A stretch of 64,000 bases of DNA, taken from positions 5,690 to 69,689 of the forward strand of contig CACFSO010000004.1 in assembly GCA_902568975.1 (NCBI GenBank). The letters are read 5' to 3'. A program made the translations under genes and the position numbers. The notes below the pieces were generated by a model, which worked only from the letters and a program-made list of their open reading frames with translations, was not told the DNA's origin and ran no database searches. How positions within the stretch are numbered: the first letter of the stretch is position 1; each line of letters opens with the position of its first letter. This document shows, piece after piece, positions 32,094-40,679 of the stretch. Source of the DNA: an uncultured Pelagibacteraceae bacterium (GTDB taxonomy: Bacteria; Pseudomonadota; Alphaproteobacteria; Pelagibacterales; Pelagibacteraceae).

Positions 32094-32961
32094 TTTAAGC
32101 AATCAAAAAAAAGGTTCTTTACTTGCTTTTGTGGGCGTTATGTTTATCACGCCAGACTCGCTATTTATAAGACTTGCAAATGCTGACACCTATCAGTTAC
32201 TTTTTTATCGAGGAGCAATACCTTTTATCGCTGTCTTAGTTGGATTATTATTAATATATAAATCAAATTTAATAAAAATTTTTTTAGATACTGGTTACCC
32301 AGGAATTGCTTATTCGCTAACTTTTGCTTTAACAAATATAACTTTTATAATTTCTATACAAAATACTAATGTAGCAAATACATTAATTATGATTGCTCTA
32401 GCTCCTATGTTATCAGCCATTTTGGGGTTAATATTTTTAAAAGAAAACCCTGAGAAAAAAACATGGTTTGCAATATTAATTACAACTATTGCTGCAATTT
32501 ATATATTTTACGATTCTATTCAAATAGGTAATTTCTTTGGAGACATCTTTGGTCTTATTACCGCTATGGGATTAGCTGCGGGAGCAGTGATCGTTAGATC
32601 TGCAAAAACAAGAAATCTAGTTCCTTCGGCTGTTTTAGGAAAGTTAATAGTGGCTATTATTGCATCATTTTTTGTTCAAAATTATGAATTAGTTAATAAA
32701 GATTTAATCATTGTTCCTGCTATGTGTATACTTTGTGTGGCTATACCATTTGTTTTAGTGACAATAGCACCAAGATTTATAACAGCGGCTGAAGTAAATC
32801 TATTCTTTTTGCTAGAAACTATATTGGGTCCCTTGTGGGTATGGTTAGTAATAAAAGAACAGCCAAGCTTTGAAACTATATTTGGCGGTCTAATAATTAT
32901 TATAACAATTGCAATTCATTCTATATTTGTCATAAAAAGAACAGAATCAAAAATTAACTAG
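32083..32961 (+). CDS. DMT/EamA family transporter
   Basis: About 10 TM segments; E..LGPLWVW…E.P motif. Confidence 0.88.
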   Translation: MFHNLSNQKKGSLLAFVGVMFITPDSLFIRLANADTYQLLFYRGAIPFIAVLVGLLLIYKSNLIKIFLDTGYPGIAYSLTFALTNITFIISIQNTNVANTLIMIALAPMLSAILGLIFLKENPEKKTWFAILITTIAAIYIFYDSIQIGNFFGDIFGLITAMGLAAGAVIVRSAKTRNLVPSAVLGKLIVAIIASFFVQNYELVNKDLIIVPAMCILCVAIPFVLVTIAPRFITAAEVNLFFLLETILGPLWVWLVIKEQPSFETIFGGLIIIITIAIHSIFVIKRTESKIN

Positions 32962-32996
32962 TTGCTTTTTTAAACAAAAGACATACTCACAACATA

Positions 32997-34313
32997 ATGT
33001 TAAATTTAATTAAAAATTCTTGGGCCCTCTTTCTAGGCTATGCAGTAATTATACTAGCTCATGGATTGCAAGGTAATTTATTAGGAGTAAGAGCAGTTTT
33101 AGAAAATTTTAATATTATCGCTACAGGTATACTGATGTCAGGTTATTTTATTGGTTACTTTACTGCAGCAAATATTGTGCCAAACTTAGTAAGCAAGGTA
33201 GGACATGTTAGAGTTTTTGCTGCATTTGCATCTGTTGCTTCTCTTAGTATTTTAATCCATGCAATTTTTGTAAATCCATATGTTTGGGCTTTAGGAAGAT
33301 TTTTAACTGGCTTTAGTATGTTAAGTATTTTTGTTGTAGTAGAAAGTTGGTTAAATGATAGAGCTACAAATAAAACACGTGGAAAAGTTTTATCAATTTA
33401 TATGATAATTACCTTTACGTGTCTTGCCCTTGGAGTATTGTTACTAAATTTTAATAATCCAAAGCAGTATGAACCATTTATACTAGTTTCTTTATTATTA
33501 TCAGTAGCATTAATACCAATACTTCTTACAAAACGTAAACCTCCAACATTTAAAAAAATAAAATCAATAAAAATAAAAGATCTTTATAAAACTTCACCAT
33601 TAGGTACCGTTAGCATGTTATGTGCCGGCTTTCTTCATCCGGCTATATTCACAATGGGTGCAGTTTATGGAGCATTAATGAATTTCTCTATTTTAGAAAT
33701 TTCCCTATATTTATCTCTAATTACAATTTCTGGAGCAATATTTCAGTGGCCAATTGGATATTTATCTGATCGATTTGATAGAAGATTGGTAATTATTATA
33801 ACTTCTTTACTAGGAACAATTTTTTCTATTCTTTGCTTTTTTTCAGTTACAGTATCGCCAGACTTTACAAATTTATCTTCTGATTGGAAAATTATAATAA
33901 AACACATATCAAATCATAGAATGTGGTTTTATATTTTTATAAGCTTATATGCTGGAATGTGTCTTCCTTTATTTTCTCTCAATCTTGCTTATATAAATGA
34001 TTTTTTACCAAAAGAAAAATTTGTTTCGGCAGGAGCAGGTTTGCAGCTTATATTTGGAATAAGTGCAATGTTTTCACCTTTTCTATGCTCATATTTTATA
34101 AAAGAATTTGGACCTAATGGTTTTTTTATTTTCTTATTTGTATTTCAAATAATTATTGTTTTATTTGGTATTTATAGAATATTGATAAGGTCTAATGTTG
34201 GAATTACTGAAAATGAAAATACTTTTACACCATTGCCTAGAAACATTACTCCAGTAGGTATACAGCTTGACCCGGATACTGGAGTTGATCTTTCTAATAA
34301 TGATGAAAAGTAA
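32997..34313 (+). CDS. MFS transporter (YcaD-like)
   Basis: 12 TM; VGHVRVFA, VESWLN…RG, QWPIGYLSDRFDRR. Confidence 0.9.
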   Translation: MLNLIKNSWALFLGYAVIILAHGLQGNLLGVRAVLENFNIIATGILMSGYFIGYFTAANIVPNLVSKVGHVRVFAAFASVASLSILIHAIFVNPYVWALGRFLTGFSMLSIFVVVESWLNDRATNKTRGKVLSIYMIITFTCLALGVLLLNFNNPKQYEPFILVSLLLSVALIPILLTKRKPPTFKKIKSIKIKDLYKTSPLGTVSMLCAGFLHPAIFTMGAVYGALMNFSILEISLYLSLITISGAIFQWPIGYLSDRFDRRLVIIITSLLGTIFSILCFFSVTVSPDFTNLSSDWKIIIKHISNHRMWFYIFISLYAGMCLPLFSLNLAYINDFLPKEKFVSAGAGLQLIFGISAMFSPFLCSYFIKEFGPNGFFIFLFVFQIIIVLFGIYRILIRSNVGITENENTFTPLPRNITPVGIQLDPDTGVDLSNNDEK

Positions 34314-34329
34314 AAAAAATTTGTGGTGA

Positions 34330-34398
34330 ATGAACAAAGAAAACGCAAGTAAGCTGTGGAAAATTATTCAGGAAGCTACTGATTATTTACGCCATTAG
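34330..34398 (+). pseudogene. Truncated duplicate of the 5' end of the gene at 36468 (MNKENASKLWKIIQEATDYLRH*)
   Basis: 52/57 nt identical to 36468-36524, including an exact 21-bp core TGGAAAATTATTCAGGAAGCT. Confidence 0.85.
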
Positions 34399-34400
34399 AG

Positions 34401-34440
34401 GGATACACTACCCCACACGACATCACACTACATCACACTA
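34401..34440. repeat. Four-unit 10-bp tandem repeat (consensus CATCACACTA)
   Basis: GGATACACTA CCCCACACGA CATCACACTA CATCACACTA. Confidence 0.8.
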
Positions 34441-34504
34441 GTTATGCGGATAATAAAATTTTAATTAAAGATAATTCACATAAAGACTCATCAAATTAAG
34501 CAAT

Positions 34505-34527
34505 AAACTAGAAATGAAACTAGAAAT
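34505..34527. repeat. Direct repeat AAACTAGAAAT x2 upstream of the islet genes
   Basis: Copies at 34505-34515 and 34517-34527. Confidence 0.6.
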
Positions 34528-34579
34528 AGTTGAGATAAATAAAATAGTCAATTTTAGATTTTTTTGTTAACTTATTATT

Positions 34580-34613
34580 ATGAAAAAACTTTTAGGGATC
34601 GTGGTTCTGGGTT
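34580..34613 (+). repeat. 34-bp signal-peptide repeat, copy 1
   Basis: ATGAAAAAACTTTTAGGGATCGTGGTTCTGGGTT. Confidence 0.95.
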
Positions 34614-35485
34614 TATTCGTTTTTAGTAATAGTTTTGCTGAAAAAATAAATGTTAAAAAAAAAGTAAAATTGCCAAAAGACGTATCTATTGGTTATGAAA
34701 ATCCATGGGGCTTGAGCTGCACTTGGACAGAAGATGGGAAATGCATGACGCCTAAATATGCTTTACAAATTGTAAATAAAAAAGACAACTATCCAGTAAG
34801 ACTTGGGAAAAAATCTATAAGAATGGAATTAAGAAAAGGAGATTGTCATCAAAAAAGAAAAGGTTCATACAACGATTGTAAAGCTACTCCTCCTGCTGAA
34901 AGACACGAGCTTACAAATAGAAACGATATTATAGGTAAGAAATGGCACACATATTCAATTTTTTTACCTAAAGATACACCAACTATAAACTCTGAATGGA
35001 TTACTATGGGTCAATTTCACGTCATAAACGGTAATGCACCACCAGTTAATCTAGATTTAGAAAGAAAACATTTTTTACTAGTGACCAGATTTTTTTGTGT
35101 GAATAAGAAGCATTGTAATTCACGTCATTTACAAAATAGAAGGATAAAAATTTTAGATAGTGATCAGTTATTTGGAAAATGGAATGATTTTATTTTTAAT
35201 GCTAATTGGACCAGTGATACAAAAAAAGGTTACTTTAAATTATGGGTAAATGGACAATTAGTTTATCATTTTAAAGGTAGAACAATAGCGCCAAAAGATG
35301 CTGCAATACATCAGTTGGGAATTTATAGAGGTTCAGCTAAATCTTCTGGCGAAGCAAATCATGTTGTATATTATGATGAGATAAAAACTGCTACATCTTG
35401 CAAAAAAATTAAATTAAAAAAACTTGGATATACTTGTAAAAAATTAGAAAGCCAAAAATTAGAAAAAATTCATACTATTAAATGA
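34580..35485 (+). CDS. Secreted polysaccharide-lyase-like (heparin lyase I/Polysacc_lyase jelly-roll) protein
   Basis: Signal peptide; SIRMELR.GD, ERHEL, W..YSIFLP, MGQFH, GKWND…W…G.FKLW.NG, LGIYRG, YYDE. Confidence 0.72.
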   Translation: MKKLLGIVVLGLFVFSNSFAEKINVKKKVKLPKDVSIGYENPWGLSCTWTEDGKCMTPKYALQIVNKKDNYPVRLGKKSIRMELRKGDCHQKRKGSYNDCKATPPAERHELTNRNDIIGKKWHTYSIFLPKDTPTINSEWITMGQFHVINGNAPPVNLDLERKHFLLVTRFFCVNKKHCNSRHLQNRRIKILDSDQLFGKWNDFIFNANWTSDTKKGYFKLWVNGQLVYHFKGRTIAPKDAAIHQLGIYRGSAKSSGEANHVVYYDEIKTATSCKKIKLKKLGYTCKKLESQKLEKIHTIK

Positions 35486-35515
35486 AAAAACTTTTAGGCA
35501 TCGTGGCTCTGGGTT
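35482..35515 (+). repeat. 34-bp signal-peptide repeat, copy 2 (2 mismatches)
   Basis: ATGAAAAAACTTTTAGGCATCGTGGCTCTGGGTT; the ATGA overlap supplies the stop codon of the upstream gene. Confidence 0.95.
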
Positions 35516-36369
35516 TGTTGTTGTGCAATGTTGGGGTTGCTGATGCAAAGAAAGTACTAAAAGAAATAAAAAAAAATAAAGATATAGCTCGTGGTTTTAA
35601 TAAAGTTAAATCATACGATGAAAAATATAATAGATGGAGAATTGTCCAAAAGGAAATTTTAAAATCTGATAAGAACACAAGAAAGCATATAATACAAATT
35701 GTAAATAAAAAAGAAGGCTATCCTACAAGATATGGAGATCAATCAATTAGATTTGAAGTTAGAGATGGAGATTCTTGGGGGTGGGATACAAGAAATGATA
35801 GAGAAAGAGTAGAACTAATAATATGTTGTTTTGAAAAAAAAACACATTGGAATACTTGGTCAATATATTTACCAGAGGATTTTCCCATCATATTTCCAAC
35901 TAAAGTAGCAATGGGACAATTCCATGGTTCTGGAGATAATCCCCCTGAATTTATGTTTCAAAATCAATATGATAGATATAATAAATCAAAATCAGGAGGT
36001 TATTGGGTAACTCCTGCTGAAAGTATTAGCGATCATATTTCGAAAAAACTTTTAGATCAAAAAGATATGCTAGGAAAATGGAATGATATATTGATAAATG
36101 CCAAATGGACTCATAAAGATGATGGTTTCTTTAAAATATGGATAAATGGAAAATTAACTTATGAACACAGAGGAAAAACTCATTTAAAAGGTGAAGAAAT
36201 AGAACATCAACTTGGAATTTATAGATCATATGTATCCAGATCTCCCGGTCCAGACCCTACACAAATAGTTTTTTATGACGAAATACGTTATGCAAAATCA
36301 TGCAAAAAACTTAAGCTAAAAGATCTAGGCTATTCATGCAAAGAAATTGAAGGTCAAACTATAAAATGA
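35482..36369 (+). CDS. Secreted polysaccharide-lyase-like protein, diverged paralog of 34580-35485
   Basis: Signal peptide; SIRFEVR.GD, ERVEL, WSIYLP, MGQFH, GKWND…W…GFFKIWING, LGIYR, FYDE. Confidence 0.72.
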   Translation: MKKLLGIVALGLLLCNVGVADAKKVLKEIKKNKDIARGFNKVKSYDEKYNRWRIVQKEILKSDKNTRKHIIQIVNKKEGYPTRYGDQSIRFEVRDGDSWGWDTRNDRERVELIICCFEKKTHWNTWSIYLPEDFPIIFPTKVAMGQFHGSGDNPPEFMFQNQYDRYNKSKSGGYWVTPAESISDHISKKLLDQKDMLGKWNDILINAKWTHKDDGFFKIWINGKLTYEHRGKTHLKGEEIEHQLGIYRSYVSRSPGPDPTQIVFYDEIRYAKSCKKLKLKDLGYSCKEIEGQTIK

Positions 36370-36399
36370 AAAAACTTTTAGGGATCGTGGTTCTGGGTT
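36366..36399 (+). repeat. 34-bp signal-peptide repeat, copy 3 (identical to copy 1; empty stub MKKLLGIVVLGYRIL*)
   Basis: ATGAAAAAACTTTTAGGGATCGTGGTTCTGGGTT, followed by a stop four codons later. Confidence 0.95.
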
Positions 36400-36439
36400 A
36401 TAGGATTTTATAGGATACTATACCCAGGACTATACCTGG
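36399..36439. repeat. Microrepeat cluster: TATAGGAT x2 (10-bp period), ACTATACC x2, inverted repeat CCAGG-N6-CCTGG
   Basis: TATAGGATTTTATAGGATACTATACCCAGGACTATACCTGG. Confidence 0.65.
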
Positions 36440-36467
36440 AAGGAGATAAAACAAGGTTTTGAGTAGT

Positions 36468-36695
36468 ATGAACAAAGAAAACGCTAGTAAACTCTGGAAA
36501 ATTATTCAGGAAGCTGGTGATTATCTCGAAGGTCAGCTCCCTGAGCACCCCAATCATCCTAAGGGTAGAAATCCATATGCTCATGTAGCTATTAGTATAA
36601 AAAGTAAATTTAATGCAAGTTATAAAGATATTGAAGACGAAAAGTATGATGAAGTTATAAATTATATTGAGTTTTTAAAAAAAAACCCAAGTTAA
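36468..36695 (+). CDS. Small hypothetical protein (HPNHPKGRNPYAH motif)
   Basis: Intact 75-aa ORF from the ATG at 36468; its 5' end is duplicated at 34330. Confidence 0.75.
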   Translation: MNKENASKLWKIIQEAGDYLEGQLPEHPNHPKGRNPYAHVAISIKSKFNASYKDIEDEKYDEVINYIEFLKKNPS

Positions 36696-37811
36696 TTATT
36701 GTTTGGGAAAGTAGTCTTCTAATTTCCCTTCTCTATGAACATCAGCTGTAGAACAATGTAATCCTCCTCCAAATGCATAAGCATCTCTAAGTTCCACAGG
36801 TAGAACTTCCATTCCAAGTTTGTCCAATTGTTCAGCTTGATAGATTTCACTTTTTTCTACACAAACTGTCTTAGGATCTAAGACCAGCACATTCATTGAT
36901 AACCAAACCGATGAATAACAAAGAGGTGGTGGAGAATTGTGCGCAGGTTGAGCTGCATCAATTATTTCCCAATCATTATCTTCAAATAATTTTCTTTGTT
37001 CCATGGGAAGTTTTCTTTGAGGATTGTTAATTATTAGTCCAGGTTTAATTGGTGTAAAAGTTGCATCAATATGAATTGGATAAGGATCTCCTGGAAAGTT
37101 TACCGCATGGACTCTGTGATCCTTAAAATGTCGTTTAAGCCAATCAATTCCTTTTAAGTTTGTAGTAAAACCATGTTGTACTACTAAATCCTTGCCAAAT
37201 CTTAAAATATCTGCAGCGTCAAAAAGAGGCTCTTCTTCAGTTGTTACAAAAAATTTTTTTGCTGTCCAATCTAATCTTTTTTGGATTCCTATTTTTTCTG
37301 ACAAATAATCTTTTCTATAATCATCATCTGTTAGTCTTGGTTTGGGAGCTGACTCATGTTTCATATTTGGATCAGAATTATAATATTTTCTAATAAGAGG
37401 CCTATAACTTAAATATTCAAACCATCTGCATCTATAACTCATAGTAGCTTCTAATATTTCATTTCCAACAGTAAGAAGAACATCTCTAGCTGGCATGCAT
37501 CCAAACATACTATTTGTTTTCCAATCCGGTGTTGAAATGCTTTGATTAAAATTTAAGGGTTCTGGCCTATCAACTTTTATACCTTTTTTTTCCAATAAAC
37601 TTGCAAAATTATCTAGAAGTTCATTTGCTTTATCAATTGTTTCTTTTGTTCTAGGGCCATATTTTCCTTTCATATCAGAATCTTCAGGAACTTTTGCATC
37701 AACCGCAGGTTCAGGAGAAGGAATACAAGATCCATCTGCTTTACCTACTATAACATGTTTAAGAGGGTCCCATTCATTCCAACTATTAACAATTATTTTA
37801 TCTAAACTCAT
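36696..37811 (-). CDS. Amidinotransferase (L-arginine:glycine amidinotransferase-like)
   Basis: VNSWNEWDPLK.VIVG, FDAAD, IHIDAT, WLSMNVL, GGGLHC (Asp-His-Cys triad). Confidence 0.88.
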   Translation of the reverse strand: MSLDKIIVNSWNEWDPLKHVIVGKADGSCIPSPEPAVDAKVPEDSDMKGKYGPRTKETIDKANELLDNFASLLEKKGIKVDRPEPLNFNQSISTPDWKTNSMFGCMPARDVLLTVGNEILEATMSYRCRWFEYLSYRPLIRKYYNSDPNMKHESAPKPRLTDDDYRKDYLSEKIGIQKRLDWTAKKFFVTTEEEPLFDAADILRFGKDLVVQHGFTTNLKGIDWLKRHFKDHRVHAVNFPGDPYPIHIDATFTPIKPGLIINNPQRKLPMEQRKLFEDNDWEIIDAAQPAHNSPPPLCYSSVWLSMNVLVLDPKTVCVEKSEIYQAEQLDKLGMEVLPVELRDAYAFGGGLHCSTADVHREGKLEDYFPKQ

Positions 37812-37818
37812 TTTTATT

Positions 37819-38724
37819 TTAATTTAATCCTATAAAACGCCTGTTAGATTGAATTATAAGACTATAGTAAATTAAGGACATTAAAATTAAAAATCCACCT
37901 ATTATTGTATTAGTCGATGGGATTTCGTTTATTCCTAAGATTGGTAACCATACCCAAAATATGCCCCCAACTATTTCGGTTAAAGATAATAAAGTCAGTT
38001 CTGCAGCTGGTATATTTTTTGATCCTATAGAATATAAAATTAAGCCTATAGATACTAAAGTTCCATGAAGTGCAAAAAGACTCTCATTTTTACTAGATGA
38101 TAAGAAGTTTGAGCCATTCATATATATAATTATAAAAGAGAATAAAAAACAAATTAGACCTGCTATAGCTACAGTTGTAAATTTTGGAGTTTCTTTTTTC
38201 CATCTTAAACTAACAGAAAAAATTGAGAAACCTATTGCTGATACTATTCCAAAAATAAATCCAACAAAAGAAGATTTGCCAGAAGATTCAAATGCCATTA
38301 CTATAATTCCAGCTGTTGCAACTAAAATTGCTAACCATACATTAACTGAAATTTTCTCCTTTAAAAATAAAAATCCTAATAAGGCTGTTATGAATGGCAT
38401 TGCAGCTAGACATAACAAAGTAATAGCTGCCGTGGTATTGGTTATTGACCAAATAAATGTAATCATCGCTATAGCCAAGCCTGTTCCGCCAGCGATGCCT
38501 GATAAACCAAGTTTAAAATAATTTTTATAAAAAACTTTTCCTTCTTCAAGAAAAAGAAATAAATTTAATAATAAAAAAATAACTATCCCTCTTGTAAATA
38601 AATATTGCCATGGAACTAATTCAGGTTGATCAATATGTTTAACTACATAAGGTCCAAATGACCACAGTACTCCTGCAATTAATACTATTGGAATTGCTAC
38701 TCTTGGATTTTTTAGTTCAAACAT
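37819..38724 (-). CDS. DMT/EamA family transporter
   Basis: About 10 TM segments; FLFLKEK, AAEL.LLSLTE. Confidence 0.87.
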   Translation of the reverse strand: MFELKNPRVAIPIVLIAGVLWSFGPYVVKHIDQPELVPWQYLFTRGIVIFLLLNLFLFLEEGKVFYKNYFKLGLSGIAGGTGLAIAMITFIWSITNTTAAITLLCLAAMPFITALLGFLFLKEKISVNVWLAILVATAGIIVMAFESSGKSSFVGFIFGIVSAIGFSIFSVSLRWKKETPKFTTVAIAGLICFLFSFIIIYMNGSNFLSSSKNESLFALHGTLVSIGLILYSIGSKNIPAAELTLLSLTEIVGGIFWVWLPILGINEIPSTNTIIGGFLILMSLIYYSLIIQSNRRFIGLN

Positions 38725-38768
38725 TCTGGCTTTTTATACCTATTTTAATTTTACTCAACAAAATTAAA

Positions 38769-40022
38769 TTACTTAATAAATAATTCATTAATACCTGTTG
38801 GTGTGTAGCATTGTATTAAAGTTCCACTTTTAAAAAGTGCTTTTCCATCAGGAAACAAGCCCCAGGCGTTTGACTTACAAAAGGAATTGATTTTATATGA
38901 TTCCTGTCCTTTAAGTATTTGAAATTCAGCATATCCTTTATTTGAGAAAGATAATTTTCCTTTTATAAACCTAGTATAATTTTTTTTTTTGATAAAAGTA
39001 TTTTTTACTCTTGCAAATATTGGCTGATCTATATCAGCTCTCATTACTGAATATAAAAAAGGAAGAACAAAAAATCTAAAACACGCAGCCGAAGAAATAG
39101 GATTACCTGGAAGACCAAAAAAAGCCATATTCTTTTTAAATTTTGAAAACATTATTGGTTTTCCTGGCCTTATTGCCGCTCCTTTAAAAAACTTTTTTAA
39201 TTTAAATTGTTTTATTATTTTTGGTACAAAATCAAATTTTCCTGCAGAAACTCCGCCTGAAGTAATTACAACATCGATATTAGAAGATAAGTTTTTAATA
39301 ATTTCCATTTTAAATTTTTTATGATCATTGTCTCTTAAAATTTTTTTTTCTTTAAATACTACTGGAAAGTTTTTTAAAAAAGATTTTAAATAATGATTGT
39401 TTGAGTTTCTAACTTTCCAATTAGGAATTTTATTGTAATTAACAATTTCATTTCCTGTCGTATAAAAAGCTATTTTAGGTTTTTTTTTAACTAATACTTT
39501 TTGAATTCCTAGAGTTTTAAAGGCTAGAACATGATTAGGCTGTATAATTTGACCTTTTTTAATAACTCTTTCTCCTTTTTTATAATCTGATCCTGCAAAT
39601 CTTATGAAGTTATGTTTTTTAATTTTATTGCTAATAATAATATAATTTGGTTTTTTTTTGCTTGGATAGTATTTAATTTCTTCAATAGGTATAATTGTAT
39701 CAAAAGGTTTTTGAATGATAGCGCCCGTCATAACCTCAATACATGAAAATTTTGGAATTTTTTTAATTTTTGGATTATCTCCTGCGGCAATAACTTTTAA
39801 AATTTTAAATTTTTTGCTACTTTTTTTATTTATAAAACTAGTTTCTTTTGAATTTATTGCAAAACCATCAAATGCTGAATTGTTAGCAGAAGGATAATTA
39901 TTTTTAGATCTAATATTTCCAGAAGAAATTCTATTAACTGAATCTTTCGATAAAATTATTTCATTTTTTATTTTAATTTTATTTTTCTTTAAAATTTTTA
40001 AAGCTTTATTGTATGAAATCAT
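38769..40022 (-). CDS. moeA: Molybdopterin molybdotransferase
   Basis: SAFDGFA, VMTGA, TGNEI, SGGVSAG.FD, RPGKP, GLPGNP.S. Confidence 0.95.
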   Translation of the reverse strand: MISYNKALKILKKNKIKIKNEIILSKDSVNRISSGNIRSKNNYPSANNSAFDGFAINSKETSFINKKSSKKFKILKVIAAGDNPKIKKIPKFSCIEVMTGAIIQKPFDTIIPIEEIKYYPSKKKPNYIIISNKIKKHNFIRFAGSDYKKGERVIKKGQIIQPNHVLAFKTLGIQKVLVKKKPKIAFYTTGNEIVNYNKIPNWKVRNSNNHYLKSFLKNFPVVFKEKKILRDNDHKKFKMEIIKNLSSNIDVVITSGGVSAGKFDFVPKIIKQFKLKKFFKGAAIRPGKPIMFSKFKKNMAFFGLPGNPISSAACFRFFVLPFLYSVMRADIDQPIFARVKNTFIKKKNYTRFIKGKLSFSNKGYAEFQILKGQESYKINSFCKSNAWGLFPDGKALFKSGTLIQCYTPTGINELFIK

Positions 40023-40023
40023 T

Positions 40024-40635
40024 TTACAGTTTATCTATATTTTTTTTTGCTTTTTCAAAATCATCTTTTGTATTTATGTTTAAGAAGCTATCAATTTTAT
40101 TATTATTAATATTTATAATTTCAAATCCTATCTTATCAGCCCAGAGCTCAACCTTTCTATAATTATTATGTATATCCTTTTCTAAAACATCTATTAATTT
40201 TAAAGACCAAAGACCAAATATATTGTGTCTATTTCCCCCACTTTTAAAAAAAAATAATTTTTTTGTTTTTTTTTTAGATGCTTTTTTTAATTTACTTATT
40301 ATTTTTTTATCAAAAAAAGGTGTGTCGCAAGGAAAGGTTGAAATCCAATCATATTTCCTTTTATTCATTTTAATCCATTTCATAGCTGAAAGAACCCCTA
40401 TCAAAGGACCGAGATAACCTTCTATATAGTCTTTAATCACAAAAATATTTTTTGAAGTTATTCGAAATTTTTGTTGGTTAGAAACAATTAGTATTTCTGG
40501 AAAATCTTTTTCTATCTTGGATATAGTGTGCTCTAAAAGAGTTTTATTTCCTAATTTGGTATTTGATTTATCAGTTCCAAATCTTCTTGATTTTCCACCT
40601 GCTAAAATCACTCCTAGGATATTGTTTTCATTCAT
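40024..40635 (-). CDS. mobA: Molybdenum cofactor guanylyltransferase
   Basis: ILAGG.SRRFG.DK, GPL.G, PCDTPF, NINT..D. Confidence 0.95.
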   Translation of the reverse strand: MNENNILGVILAGGKSRRFGTDKSNTKLGNKTLLEHTISKIEKDFPEILIVSNQQKFRITSKNIFVIKDYIEGYLGPLIGVLSAMKWIKMNKRKYDWISTFPCDTPFFDKKIISKLKKASKKKTKKLFFFKSGGNRHNIFGLWSLKLIDVLEKDIHNNYRKVELWADKIGFEIININNNKIDSFLNINTKDDFEKAKKNIDKL

Positions 40636-40679
40636 AAAACCAAATATAAAACATTAATTATTTATTAAAAGAATTATAA

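Noticed and set aside
34580-36399. CRISPR array interpretation of the three 34-bp repeats
   Set aside because: Spacing is about 900 bp, the repeats are protein-coding and non-palindromic, and no cas genes are present
34330-36524. IS element or prophage call for the islet
   Set aside because: No transposase, integrase, terminal inverted repeats or phage genes, so it is reported as a finding rather than a mobile-element feature
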